In this document: positions 26,170-35,114 of the stretch, in pieces | Numbering within the stretch: the first letter of the stretch is position 1 | Layout: every line of letters begins with the position of its first letter | Source: Gemmatimonadaceae bacterium | GTDB lineage: Bacteria > Gemmatimonadota > Gemmatimonadetes > Gemmatimonadales > Gemmatimonadaceae | DNA length: 64,000 nt | Assembly (NCBI GenBank): GCA_014379355.1 | Contig: JACMLX010000187.1 | Span: 9,037 to 73,036, forward strand | Direction of reading: 5' to 3' | Translations under genes and position numbers: made by a program | Notes under the pieces: model-generated | The model's input: only the letters and a program-made list of their open reading frames with translations | What the model was told of the DNA's origin: nothing | The model's database searches: none

Positions 26170-28368
26170 TCAGCCCCGGGCGACGTACCCGCGAGTGCTG
26201 TCGAGTGTCATGCGATCGCCGGTGCGCACGTCGCGCAGGATGCCACTCACATTCGTCACCGATGGCACGCCGAGCTCTCGCAGGATGATGGACGCGTGTG
26301 ACAGTTCACCACCGGTTTCGACGACCACACCGGCCACGCGACGGAACAGCAACGCCCACGCCGCGTCCACCGCTGGTGCAACGAGGATCGTCTCTTCAGG
26401 TGTCCAGCCCAGCGGCGGTGACGACGTCGGCCCCTCGGCGCGCCACGCGCGACCGCTGATCTTGCCCGGCGCGAGGCCGATACCCTGCCAGCCGTCGTTC
26501 GACTGCCGGATCGACTTGCGCCGATCGCGACGCAACTTGTCGAAGCGCCGGAACACGCCCGGTATCGTGACCGCGGCCTCCGTGCGCCGCTCATGCTCGC
26601 GCAACTCGAAGAACATGGCGTCGTATCGTGCGCCGCCGTCGAGCGCCACCGCTTCGTCGATCGAGAGCAGCCAGATGTCATCGCGGCGGCGGAGCGCGCC
26701 ACGTTTCACGGCCTCGTCGGCCGAGTCGTGCATCAGTTCACGAATCATCGCAAACGCCACCATCGCGTCGTCGCGCAGTCCTTCGCGCGCGCGCAGCGGA
26801 CGTTGCGCCAGCCACCACAGTGGCAGGGTGAGCCACTCGGCGAGGCTTCGGTATGGCGTCGCGCGCGGCGCAATGGGATAGGCGAGCTCGTGCCGCAACA
26901 GCGCCAGCACGGCGGCGGGCTGCTCACGCCAGCGCGCCTGGGCGAGGTCGCTTTCGTACGGACCGCGATGACCGTGCTTCTCCAGCCACTGCTTCCATTC
27001 GTACGACCCGCGTTCGCTCGCCGGCGGCTCACCCACCGCAATACGCGCCACGTCGTCGGGATTGTTGCGCACCGCCGGAACCACATCGCGGCGCAACGAT
27101 TCCACGACATCGCTACCGGGCGTGCGTTGCCGCGACAGGTGCGCGGCGAGCGTGCCGGTGCGTCGCAGCAGCGCCAGCGGCGTGGCCATGGCCGCCGTCA
27201 GGGCGAACATCGACTGGACCAGCAACACGTACCGGCGCTGCGCCGCCTGCACGAGCGGCGTCACCTGCCCTTCCGCTTCGAGCAGGTCGCGTGACAGGAT
27301 CGTCAATCGCGCGCGGCGCGTGCTGCTGACGGCGGTGAATTGTGCCCACAACATGCGCGCCAGCGCGGGTGTCGCCGAACGGACGCGATTGAAACGCCAA
27401 CCGACCGGGCGCACATCGCGCCCACCGATCGCATCCGTCACGTAGCGCGTGGGAAGACCCCACGTGCGCAACATGTCCGTCAGCAGCGACAGGTTGATCA
27501 CCGGTCGCCCTTCGAACACCTCGATGAATGGACGCGAGGCCGGGAGCGCAGCGTCGGCGCGACGATACCACGAGAACAATCCGGGCGCGCATGCCGAAAT
27601 CAGCGTGGCCATGAATCGACTCGGCAGCGGCGGCAGGATTTCGCGATGATTGGCCAGCGTGAACCACTCGTTGCGCACGGTGGGGCGTGTGACGGGACGC
27701 AACTGCACGACCCAGCATACGGCGCCGTCGTCCGCCCACTCCACATCCCAGTCACCGCTGCCCCAGCGATTCACGCCATCCAGTTCACGCACCAGTTGCA
27801 ACACGCGCTGCAGCCGCTGCGCCCACGATTGCAACAGCAGATCGGTCGGTTCACCGCGTCGGCACCGCGGAATGTCGAGCGTCTGTCCCGTCACCCGGCC
27901 CGCCAGCAATTCCTCGGCGGTACCGTTGACGAGGTTCACGAGATCGTCCTCGTGTTCACGCTCCGTGAATGCAACGCCGGCGTGCTTCGCATCGACGAGT
28001 CGCATCACGATCAGGTCGCGACGCACCGCGAGCCCGTCACCGGAGGCGCGCACGCGCGCTGACGCGTCGGCCATGGCGGCCACGTTGCCTCCGGGCACGC
28101 GCAACACGCTCAGGAACGTGCCGGCGAGGCTCTCGCGACGCGAGTCCTCGATGGAGAACGCAGATCGCACCACGACCGTCGCCGACTGCAGCTCTGCCGG
28201 CATGGGATAACCATCCGCACACCATGCGTCGTACGATGCATCGGGCACGACGATGCCGAAGGGGATCGCAACACCAGCCAGGGCAGCGCGATGCAGCATC
28301 GACGCTTTCGGCGACGTATCGGCGGCGCGGCTGTCATGCCCACCGAGCACGCGATAGTGCTCGCTCAC
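26170..28368 (-). CDS. PEP-utilising-enzyme family phosphotransferase with rifampin-phosphotransferase-like domain order (ATP-grasp N-term, unknown middle, C-terminal swivel His domain)
   Basis: The N-terminus is PPDK_N-like (KASMLHRAALAGVAIPFGIVVP, VVVRSAFSIEDSRRESLAGTF). The C-terminus is VVVETGGELSHASIILRELGVPSV (phospho-His mobile domain). No PEP/pyruvate TIM-barrel domain follows. Confidence 0.7.
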   Translation of the reverse strand: MSEHYRVLGGHDSRAADTSPKASMLHRAALAGVAIPFGIVVPDASYDAWCADGYPMPAELQSATVVVRSAFSIEDSRRESLAGTFLSVLRVPGGNVAAMADASARVRASGDGLAVRRDLIVMRLVDAKHAGVAFTEREHEDDLVNLVNGTAEELLAGRVTGQTLDIPRCRRGEPTDLLLQSWAQRLQRVLQLVRELDGVNRWGSGDWDVEWADDGAVCWVVQLRPVTRPTVRNEWFTLANHREILPPLPSRFMATLISACAPGLFSWYRRADAALPASRPFIEVFEGRPVINLSLLTDMLRTWGLPTRYVTDAIGGRDVRPVGWRFNRVRSATPALARMLWAQFTAVSSTRRARLTILSRDLLEAEGQVTPLVQAAQRRYVLLVQSMFALTAAMATPLALLRRTGTLAAHLSRQRTPGSDVVESLRRDVVPAVRNNPDDVARIAVGEPPASERGSYEWKQWLEKHGHRGPYESDLAQARWREQPAAVLALLRHELAYPIAPRATPYRSLAEWLTLPLWWLAQRPLRAREGLRDDAMVAFAMIRELMHDSADEAVKRGALRRRDDIWLLSIDEAVALDGGARYDAMFFELREHERRTEAAVTIPGVFRRFDKLRRDRRKSIRQSNDGWQGIGLAPGKISGRAWRAEGPTSSPPLGWTPEETILVAPAVDAAWALLFRRVAGVVVETGGELSHASIILRELGVPSVTNVSGILRDVRTGDRMTLDSTRGYVARG

Positions 28369-28561
28369 GCCGATGTGACCGTCAGTGTCGCTGGCGCGAC
28401 ACCGGTCCGCTCAGGCCCAGCCGCCGCGCGATGTCCCGGAACCAGGGTCACGTCGGCGTGCTGAAGGGAGGCGGTCTGAGGCATGGGGACGGGAAGGTAG
28501 CGTGCAAGGCCCGCGCCGCAGGCGATTTGCACTGCTCAGACCGTCATACCGGCGCCAGCGA

Positions 28562-29320
28562 TCAGGTGTACCGCGGCGCCCGCTTCTCGGTGTACGCCAT
28601 CAGCGCCTCGCGGAATTCCTCGCTGTGAAGCTGCGGCGCGAAGCGCTGCCCCTCTTCACGAATCCGGGTCAGCACGCCTGTCGTTTCGCTCTTCAGCAGT
28701 GCCTTCGTTGCTCGCAGCGCATTCGGTGCCTTTGCGGCCAGCGCCTCCGCCCAGCCCATCGCGACACCGTCGGCCTCACCGGCAGCGGAGATGCGATTGA
28801 TGATGCCACACCGTTCCGCCGTGACCGCATCGAACATGTCGCCGAGCATGAGCAGCTCGCTCGCTTTCACATGTCCGATCATGCGCGGAAGGATGAGGCT
28901 CGACGCACCTTCGGGCACGAGGCCAAGATTGATGAACGGCAGCGAGAATCGGGTCGCCGGATCGGCGACCACCAGGTCGCAGTGGAGCAGCATCGTGGTG
29001 CCGATGCCGACCGCCACTCCACTGACGGCGGCGACGATCGGCTTCGGGCATTGCGCAATTTCCCGAAGGAACTGAAAGGCCGGGATATCGTCGTCCAGCG
29101 GCGGCGCCGACGCGAAGTCGCGCAGGTCGTTGCCGCTGGTGAACGAACCGCCGGCACCCGCGAGCATGATGGCACGGACACCCGGATCATGCGTCGCATC
29201 GCTGAACGCGACCGTCATGCCGCGATACATGTCCGTCGTAATTGCGTTCTTCTTGTCCGGACGCGCCATCCGGATGGTGACGATGGCCCCGGTGCGCTCG
29301 ATCTGCACATGCTCGCTCAT
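28562..29320 (-). CDS. enoyl-CoA hydratase/isomerase (crotonase) family protein
   Basis: Start at MSEHVQIERTGAIVTIRMARPDKKNAIT, followed by AGAGGSFTSGNDL, KPIVAAVSGVAVGIGTTMLLHCDL and LPFINLGLVPEGASS. Confidence 0.9.
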   Translation of the reverse strand: MSEHVQIERTGAIVTIRMARPDKKNAITTDMYRGMTVAFSDATHDPGVRAIMLAGAGGSFTSGNDLRDFASAPPLDDDIPAFQFLREIAQCPKPIVAAVSGVAVGIGTTMLLHCDLVVADPATRFSLPFINLGLVPEGASSLILPRMIGHVKASELLMLGDMFDAVTAERCGIINRISAAGEADGVAMGWAEALAAKAPNALRATKALLKSETTGVLTRIREEGQRFAPQLHSEEFREALMAYTEKRAPRYT

Positions 29321-29420
29321 GGCAGGAACGATCATGTCCGGACGCGTGGCACGCCAGTGGGTGATGGCGCGACCGGGAGCGTCCTGCGTCGTCGAGACGC
29401 CGGACGCACCACGGCGCACG

Positions 29421-32400
29421 TCAGAACACGATACCATTTCCGGCGCCTCGCGTTCGCAGCAGCTGGCGGAACGTGTTGAGATCCGCCGTCATCGCGTTGT
29501 CGAACTGCGTCTTCACCTTGAGCAGGGTTTCGTGAAGCACGGTCTGCACCTGCCTGTGCGCGTCAGTCGGCGCGTAGTCCGAACCACCGACACTCTGCGC
29601 CAGGTACGCGAGTTGCTCCGCAAGCCGGAACGGCTGCCGCAGCAGGTCCTGCCCGCGACCGGTCGTGTGAAGCTGGAGCAGTTGCTCCTCGATGTTCAGG
29701 AGCCGCCGTTCGATCGTATCGGCCTGTGCGCGCACGTCGGCCATCGCACTGTCCGCGGACATCGTCGCACGAACGGTCGCGACTTGCGCGCGCACCGATT
29801 CGAGCGCGTTGATCATGTCGACGGACGCATTCATGTCGGCCATGATGTCACCCGACAACGCGTGCTGCGCGATGATTTCCGCATCCGCCGCGCCGGATGA
29901 CGGATCGCGCTTGACCACGATCGGACGCGATTCCTTCTGGCCCGCTGCATCCAATGTGACGGTGTAGGTGCCTGGTGGCACCAGCGTGCTGAGTCGCGTC
30001 AGGCCGGGCGCCGCCTTGCCCTCGGCCGGATACTTTACATCCGGCGAATACGGATTCGTGGTGCGCAGCAGCGGCGCCCTGGTCTCATCCGTCGCGAGAT
30101 TCCAGTACACCCGGTTCATGCCCGCCTTGCCCGGCACGCGCTGCGAGCGGACGACCGTCCCCGCTGCATTCGTCACGGTGAACTTGACGCTGTCCTTGCT
30201 GTCGCTCCGCAGCCAGAAATTGACCGACGCGCCATACGTCGGATTGGTGCCGTTGACCGGATCGTCACCATCTGCGAACGGCGCTTCGGCGGCCCGGAAG
30301 CGGTACGCGTCGCGCGGCGTGAAGAGGTGCGCGGGCTTCGCCAGCACATCCGCTCCCAGGGTGCGCAGCGGCGTGATGTCGTCGAGGATCCAGAACCCGC
30401 GACCGTAGGTGGCGATCACGAGATCGCCGAAGTGTTCCTGCACCGTGATCCAGTACACCGGGGCGTGCGGCAGGCCGGTCTGCAGCGGCTGCCATCGCTC
30501 GCCATCGGTGAACGAGACGTACACACCGTTCTCGGTGCCGGCATAGAGCAACCCGCGCCGCACTGGATCCTCACGCACGACGTGCACGTACGACAGTGGT
30601 GACTTCGGAATGCCTGTCACGAGCAGACGCCATGTCTTCCCGTAGTCGGTCGTCCTGTAGATGAACGGATCGCGATTGTTGGCCTGATGAGCATCGACCG
30701 AGAGGTACGCAGTGCCCTCGTCGAATCGGCTCGGCTCGATGTTGGAGATGGTGCCCCAGAATGGCAGTCCGGGGAGGGACGCCGTGAGATCCGTCCACGT
30801 GGTTCCGCCGTCACGGGTCAGGTGCACCTTGCCGTCGTTCGTGCCGGCCCAGATCAGTCCTGCCTTCTTCGGTGATTCGGCAATGCTGAAGAGGACACCG
30901 GAGTATTCGACGCCGATGTTGTCCGGCGTGAGTCCACCCGAGCGCACGAGACGTGTCCGATCATTGCGCGTGAGATCGGGTGACAGCACGGACCAGCTCC
31001 GACCGCCATTGGTCGTCCGGTGCACGACCTGCGAGCCGGCGTAGACGATGTTGTGATCGTGCGGCGAGATGTGCAGGGGGAAGGTCCACACGAAGCGATA
31101 CTTCACCTCGTCGGCGGCATGTCCGACCGTGGCCTGCGGCCAGATCTCGACCTGCGTCGATTGATTCGTTCGCAAGTCGAATCGCGTCACAATGCCGCCC
31201 ATCGAGCCGTACCCAGACGCGCTCGACCAGACGAGATTCGTATCCACGGGATCGGGCTGCGCCCAGCCGGATTCGCCGCCACCGACGCTCGACCACGCGC
31301 CGCGCGGAATGCCCATCTGGTCGAGTCGGTTGTTCGACGGGCCCATGGTCGACGGACCGTCCTGCCGATTGCCGTACAGGCGATACGGAATGCGATTGTC
31401 GGTCGCGACATGATAGAGTTGCGCGATCGGCAGCTGCACACGACGCCAGGTCTGGCCGCGATTCTCCGAGATGCTGATCCCTCCGTCATGGCTCACCGCC
31501 AGGCGATTCGCGTTGGTGGCATCGATCCAGATGTCGTGATGATCGCCACCCGGAATCTGCTTCGCCGGCGGATCGAGAATCGTGCGGCCGCCATCCAGCG
31601 TCTGCGCCCAGTTGGCGGTGAGGAAGTACGCTTCATCCGGATTGTCCGGCATCGCCGCCATGCGATTGTAGTAGTGCGTGCGGCCAGCCACCTGTTGGTC
31701 GTAACTGACCACCTGCCAGTTCGTGCCACCGTCGTCAGACCGCCACAGTCGGCCGCGTGTGGTTTCCTTGATGTGCAGCGCGGGGATGCCATCGCCCGCT
31801 TCGATGAGCGCATACACGCGATTCGAGTTCGCCTTCGGGATCGCGAGTCCGATCTTGCCGAGTTGCGTCGTGGGCAGGCCGTTCCCGGTGAGTCGTTTCC
31901 AGGTCGTGCCGGCGTCGCGTGACATCCAGATTCCGCTGCCAGCCCCGCCGGACACGCGACCCCAGGTGTTGATCTGCACCTGCCACATGCCCGCGAACAG
32001 AATGCGCGGGTTGTTCGGATCCATGATCAGCTCGGAGGCACCGGTGCTGTCGTTCACGAACAGCACTCGTTCCCAGGTCTTCCCTGCATCGAGGCTGCGA
32101 TAGATGCCGCGCTCCTGCTGCGGGCCGTAGGCGTGACCGAGCGATGCCACGTACACGATGTCCGGATTGCTGGGATGCACCACGATGCGCGCGATGCGGC
32201 CGGTGTTCTCGAGGCCCATCTTCGTCCAGTTCTTTCCGGCATCGGTGGATCGGAAGACCCCCCAGCCGACGGAGATGTTCGAGCGAATGAACGGCTCGCC
32301 GGTGCCGGCCCAGACCACGTTCGGATCGGACGGTGCGACGGCGAGCGCGCCGATCGACGACACGGCCTCGCCATCGAAGATCGGCGCCCACGACACGCCG

Positions 32401-32663
32401 CCATCGCTCGTCTTCCAGAGTCCGCCCGACGCGGCGCCGGCGTAATACGTCGTGCGGTCACCGATCACGCCCGTCACCGACGTGACGCGATTGCCCTCCG
32501 GCCCCACGTGTCGCCATTTGAGCGTGTTGAACGCGGTGGAATCGATGGCGGCCGCCGACACGCTCCCGCTGCGCGATGGCTGCGCCGAAATGTGAGCGGC
32601 TGGAACCACCAGCAGCAACGCACCGAACGCCGGTGCCGCAATCCGTGACTGGAGTGATCGCAT
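29421..32663 (-). CDS. secreted BNR/Asp-box, sortilin (VPS10)-like multi-propeller protein, paralog 2
   Basis: Start at MRSLQSRIAAPAFGALLLVVPAAHISAQ. Asp-boxes: TSDGGVSWAP, STDAGKNWTK, SLDAGKTWER, SRDAGTTWKR, SDDGGTNWQV, TTNGGRSWSV, TRDGGTTWTD, TTDYGKTWRL. It is collinear with 22833-26054. The track ORF extension to 33293 is spurious. Confidence 0.8.
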   Translation of the reverse strand: MRSLQSRIAAPAFGALLLVVPAAHISAQPSRSGSVSAAAIDSTAFNTLKWRHVGPEGNRVTSVTGVIGDRTTYYAGAASGGLWKTSDGGVSWAPIFDGEAVSSIGALAVAPSDPNVVWAGTGEPFIRSNISVGWGVFRSTDAGKNWTKMGLENTGRIARIVVHPSNPDIVYVASLGHAYGPQQERGIYRSLDAGKTWERVLFVNDSTGASELIMDPNNPRILFAGMWQVQINTWGRVSGGAGSGIWMSRDAGTTWKRLTGNGLPTTQLGKIGLAIPKANSNRVYALIEAGDGIPALHIKETTRGRLWRSDDGGTNWQVVSYDQQVAGRTHYYNRMAAMPDNPDEAYFLTANWAQTLDGGRTILDPPAKQIPGGDHHDIWIDATNANRLAVSHDGGISISENRGQTWRRVQLPIAQLYHVATDNRIPYRLYGNRQDGPSTMGPSNNRLDQMGIPRGAWSSVGGGESGWAQPDPVDTNLVWSSASGYGSMGGIVTRFDLRTNQSTQVEIWPQATVGHAADEVKYRFVWTFPLHISPHDHNIVYAGSQVVHRTTNGGRSWSVLSPDLTRNDRTRLVRSGGLTPDNIGVEYSGVLFSIAESPKKAGLIWAGTNDGKVHLTRDGGTTWTDLTASLPGLPFWGTISNIEPSRFDEGTAYLSVDAHQANNRDPFIYRTTDYGKTWRLLVTGIPKSPLSYVHVVREDPVRRGLLYAGTENGVYVSFTDGERWQPLQTGLPHAPVYWITVQEHFGDLVIATYGRGFWILDDITPLRTLGADVLAKPAHLFTPRDAYRFRAAEAPFADGDDPVNGTNPTYGASVNFWLRSDSKDSVKFTVTNAAGTVVRSQRVPGKAGMNRVYWNLATDETRAPLLRTTNPYSPDVKYPAEGKAAPGLTRLSTLVPPGTYTVTLDAAGQKESRPIVVKRDPSSGAADAEIIAQHALSGDIMADMNASVDMINALESVRAQVATVRATMSADSAMADVRAQADTIERRLLNIEEQLLQLHTTGRGQDLLRQPFRLAEQLAYLAQSVGGSDYAPTDAHRQVQTVLHETLLKVKTQFDNAMTADLNTFRQLLRTRGAGNGIVF

Positions 32664-32870
32664 TGGAGTGGCCTGGATGCCGGGACGTGGACGCGGAAAC
32701 GTCGGAAATCCGGCACAACGCAGCGCTCGGCGTCCGACGTCTCGTAACGCTGGCGCGAAGTGCGGCGGCGCGCCAGCATCCGCCCGTTCGGCACCACCGC
32801 GCTGCACCGCCGCAGCTACACTTCCCTGCTCGCGATCACGCCCGGCAACGAATACCCGCAGTCCAACGCC

Positions 32871-33935
32871 ATGCACGCCCTTTCGCTTCGCGCCGGTCCG
32901 GACGCGCTGGAGGTGCTTCGGGAGCGCGGACTGCGCGCGGCCGATGTCGATCTGATGCCGGCAGCGTCTGGTGGTCCGAAGTGGCTCGCCCTCGCGGGGC
33001 TCGATCGATTTCTGTTTCGCGACTTTTTCGCCGCACCTCGCGCGCGTCCGCTGCATCTGGTGGGATCGTCCATCGGCAGCTGGCGAATGGCGTGTCTGGC
33101 GCAGCGCGATCCGCTTGCGGCGCTCGACCGCGGCCATCACGCCTACATCCACGATCAGCGGTACTCGCCGAAGCCGGGCACCGCCGAAGTGTCCGCCGTG
33201 CTCGCCCGTGTCCTCGATACGCTGCTCGGCAAAACCGGAGTCGAGGAAATTCTCGCACATCCGTGGGCCCGCCTGCACATCATCACGTCGCAAGGTCGCG
33301 GCCTCGCGCGAACCGGCGCGCGCACGATGCTGGGCAGTGCACTCACGGCCGCCGCTGCACTCAATGCCGTCAGCCGACGATCGCTCGCGCTGCAGTTCCG
33401 GCGTGTGATCTTCAGCAACGCCGGAAACGCGTCACCACTGCTCGGGCTGCGCGACCTGCCGACCGCATTCGTGACACTCACGGCCGCGAACCTGCGCGAC
33501 GCCCTGCGCGCTTCGGGCTCCATTCCCATGGTGATCGATGGCGTCTCGATCGCCTCTGCGCCCGGTGGATTGCATTGGGACGGCGGTGTGACGGACTATC
33601 ATCTCGATATCGACTTTGGTCCGGGCGACGGCATCGTGCTCTATCCGCACTTCTACTCGCACGTGGTGCCGGGATGGTTCGACAAGTCGCTCGCGTGGCG
33701 TCGCGCCGGCGTGACCAACTTCCGACGCGCGCTGTTGCTGGCGCCGAGCGATGCGTTCGTGGCGACGCTGCCGAACGGACGCATTCCCGATCGCCGCGAT
33801 TTCTTTGCCATGTCGGAATCGGTGCGCATCGCGACATGGGAGACGATTCGCGTCGCCAGCACGGCACTCGGCGATGAACTCGGAGAACTCCTGGTCTCCG
33901 GGCGCATCGCCGAGCGGGTCAAATCATGGGTGTGA
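32871..33935 (+). CDS. patatin-like phospholipase family protein
   Basis: Start at MHALSLRAGPD. It has an oxyanion-region ASGGPKW motif, the nucleophile elbow GSSIGS (G-x-S-x-G) and the catalytic Asp motif WDGGVTDY (D-G-G). Confidence 0.75.
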   Translation: MHALSLRAGPDALEVLRERGLRAADVDLMPAASGGPKWLALAGLDRFLFRDFFAAPRARPLHLVGSSIGSWRMACLAQRDPLAALDRGHHAYIHDQRYSPKPGTAEVSAVLARVLDTLLGKTGVEEILAHPWARLHIITSQGRGLARTGARTMLGSALTAAAALNAVSRRSLALQFRRVIFSNAGNASPLLGLRDLPTAFVTLTAANLRDALRASGSIPMVIDGVSIASAPGGLHWDGGVTDYHLDIDFGPGDGIVLYPHFYSHVVPGWFDKSLAWRRAGVTNFRRALLLAPSDAFVATLPNGRIPDRRDFFAMSESVRIATWETIRVASTALGDELGELLVSGRIAERVKSWV

Positions 33936-33952
33936 GGACGTGCGCGAAATGA

Positions 33953-34783
33953 TCACCAGCGCAAGTCGAAGTCGTACGCATCCGTGCCGCCACGCGAGTC
34001 ATCGATCTTGATCACGGCCGTCCAGCCGTTCCATGCGCGTGGATACTGCGCGATGATGACGTTCCCGCGGCCGGCGAAGCGGCGAAGGTCGAGCGGCACG
34101 TCGCGAGCGGGGAGGCCGGCACCCCGCACGTCGAATCGCACGTTGTAGAGCGACCGACCGCTGCGCGAGACGTACTCCACGCGGCGACCCTGGATGCGGA
34201 TCTCCGCCACCGCGTCGACTTCACCGCTCCAGCGCAACGCGCCGGCATCGCCTCGACCACCCACAGCGCCGCCACGTCCGGCATTGTCACGACCGTTCCC
34301 ATTGCGATCGTCGCCATAACGCCCGTTGCCATCGCGATCGTCATTGCGGCCGTAGCCACCGCGGTCATCGCGGTCTCCGTCGCGGCGATCGTTGTCGCGC
34401 GCACCCTGCCACGAGACGACGAGCCGATAGCGGTCGGCCCCTGACTGGCGATCCCGCACACGGACGCGGGTGGTATACCCGTTGAACAGTGACGGCTGCT
34501 CGATCACTTCCACATCACCGCGACCGTCAGCGCGTGCGATGCTGACGGTGCCGCTCATGCGCGGCAGTGCTTCGCTGACGCGAAACCGCGCCTCGCGAAC
34601 GGATTCGAAGCCGTCACCCTGCGTGTCCAGGTTCGCCCCGCGCATCACGATGATCGCCTCGCGATCGACCGTGCCGCTCCAGGTGAAGAGCGTGCGTCCG
34701 TCGGCACGCGCCGGTGTGGCGGCGGCGCCGAACAAGGCCGCGCCCGCAATGGTAGCAGAAAGCGTCGAACGCATGCTGCGCAT
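33953..34783 (-). CDS. secreted hypothetical protein: two homologous ~95-aa domains joined by a D/R/G/N-rich low-complexity linker
   Basis: Signal peptide (TIAGAALFGAAATPARA). Domain 1 (LFTWSGTVD...YRLVVSW) aligns by eye with domain 2 (ALRWSGEVD...YDFDLRW). The linker at aa 127-181 reads RDNDRRDGDRDDRGGYGRNDDRDGNGRYGDDRNGNGRDNAGRGG. Confidence 0.6.
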   Translation of the reverse strand: MRSMRSTLSATIAGAALFGAAATPARADGRTLFTWSGTVDREAIIVMRGANLDTQGDGFESVREARFRVSEALPRMSGTVSIARADGRGDVEVIEQPSLFNGYTTRVRVRDRQSGADRYRLVVSWQGARDNDRRDGDRDDRGGYGRNDDRDGNGRYGDDRNGNGRDNAGRGGAVGGRGDAGALRWSGEVDAVAEIRIQGRRVEYVSRSGRSLYNVRFDVRGAGLPARDVPLDLRRFAGRGNVIIAQYPRAWNGWTAVIKIDDSRGGTDAYDFDLRW

Positions 34784-35114
34784 GATCGAATCCTCACAAC
34801 GACGCGAAGGGTTGGTGAGCGACTGCGCTGCGTCGGTGCAGTCGCCATCTCCGGCGCCACGGGTGAGTGGCCGGCCGGAATGAGTGAGTGCATCGATGAT
34901 GCCGACCAGTCGAGCAACCGCGCCGCGCGTCGCGACGGCGTCGCAACCTGTTGGTTCTACAGGAGTTGGCGCGATTCACGGGCGCCTATACCGGCCGCGC
35001 CGTTCCGCACCATTGTCCGGTCTGGAGGACATGCTGCTGCGCCACTGGGAGAACAGCCGTGCGAGATGCCGAGACTCGAGCGGAGGCGCACGCAGGTCGA
35101 GCTGACGAAAGTGA

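Noticed and set aside
34241-34405. A low-complexity repetitive DNA stretch that could be called a microsatellite/VNTR.
   Set aside because: It is in frame within a signal-peptide-bearing ORF and encodes the D/R/G/N-rich linker. The repeats are too imperfect to call a defined tandem repeat. It is reported as part of the protein finding instead.
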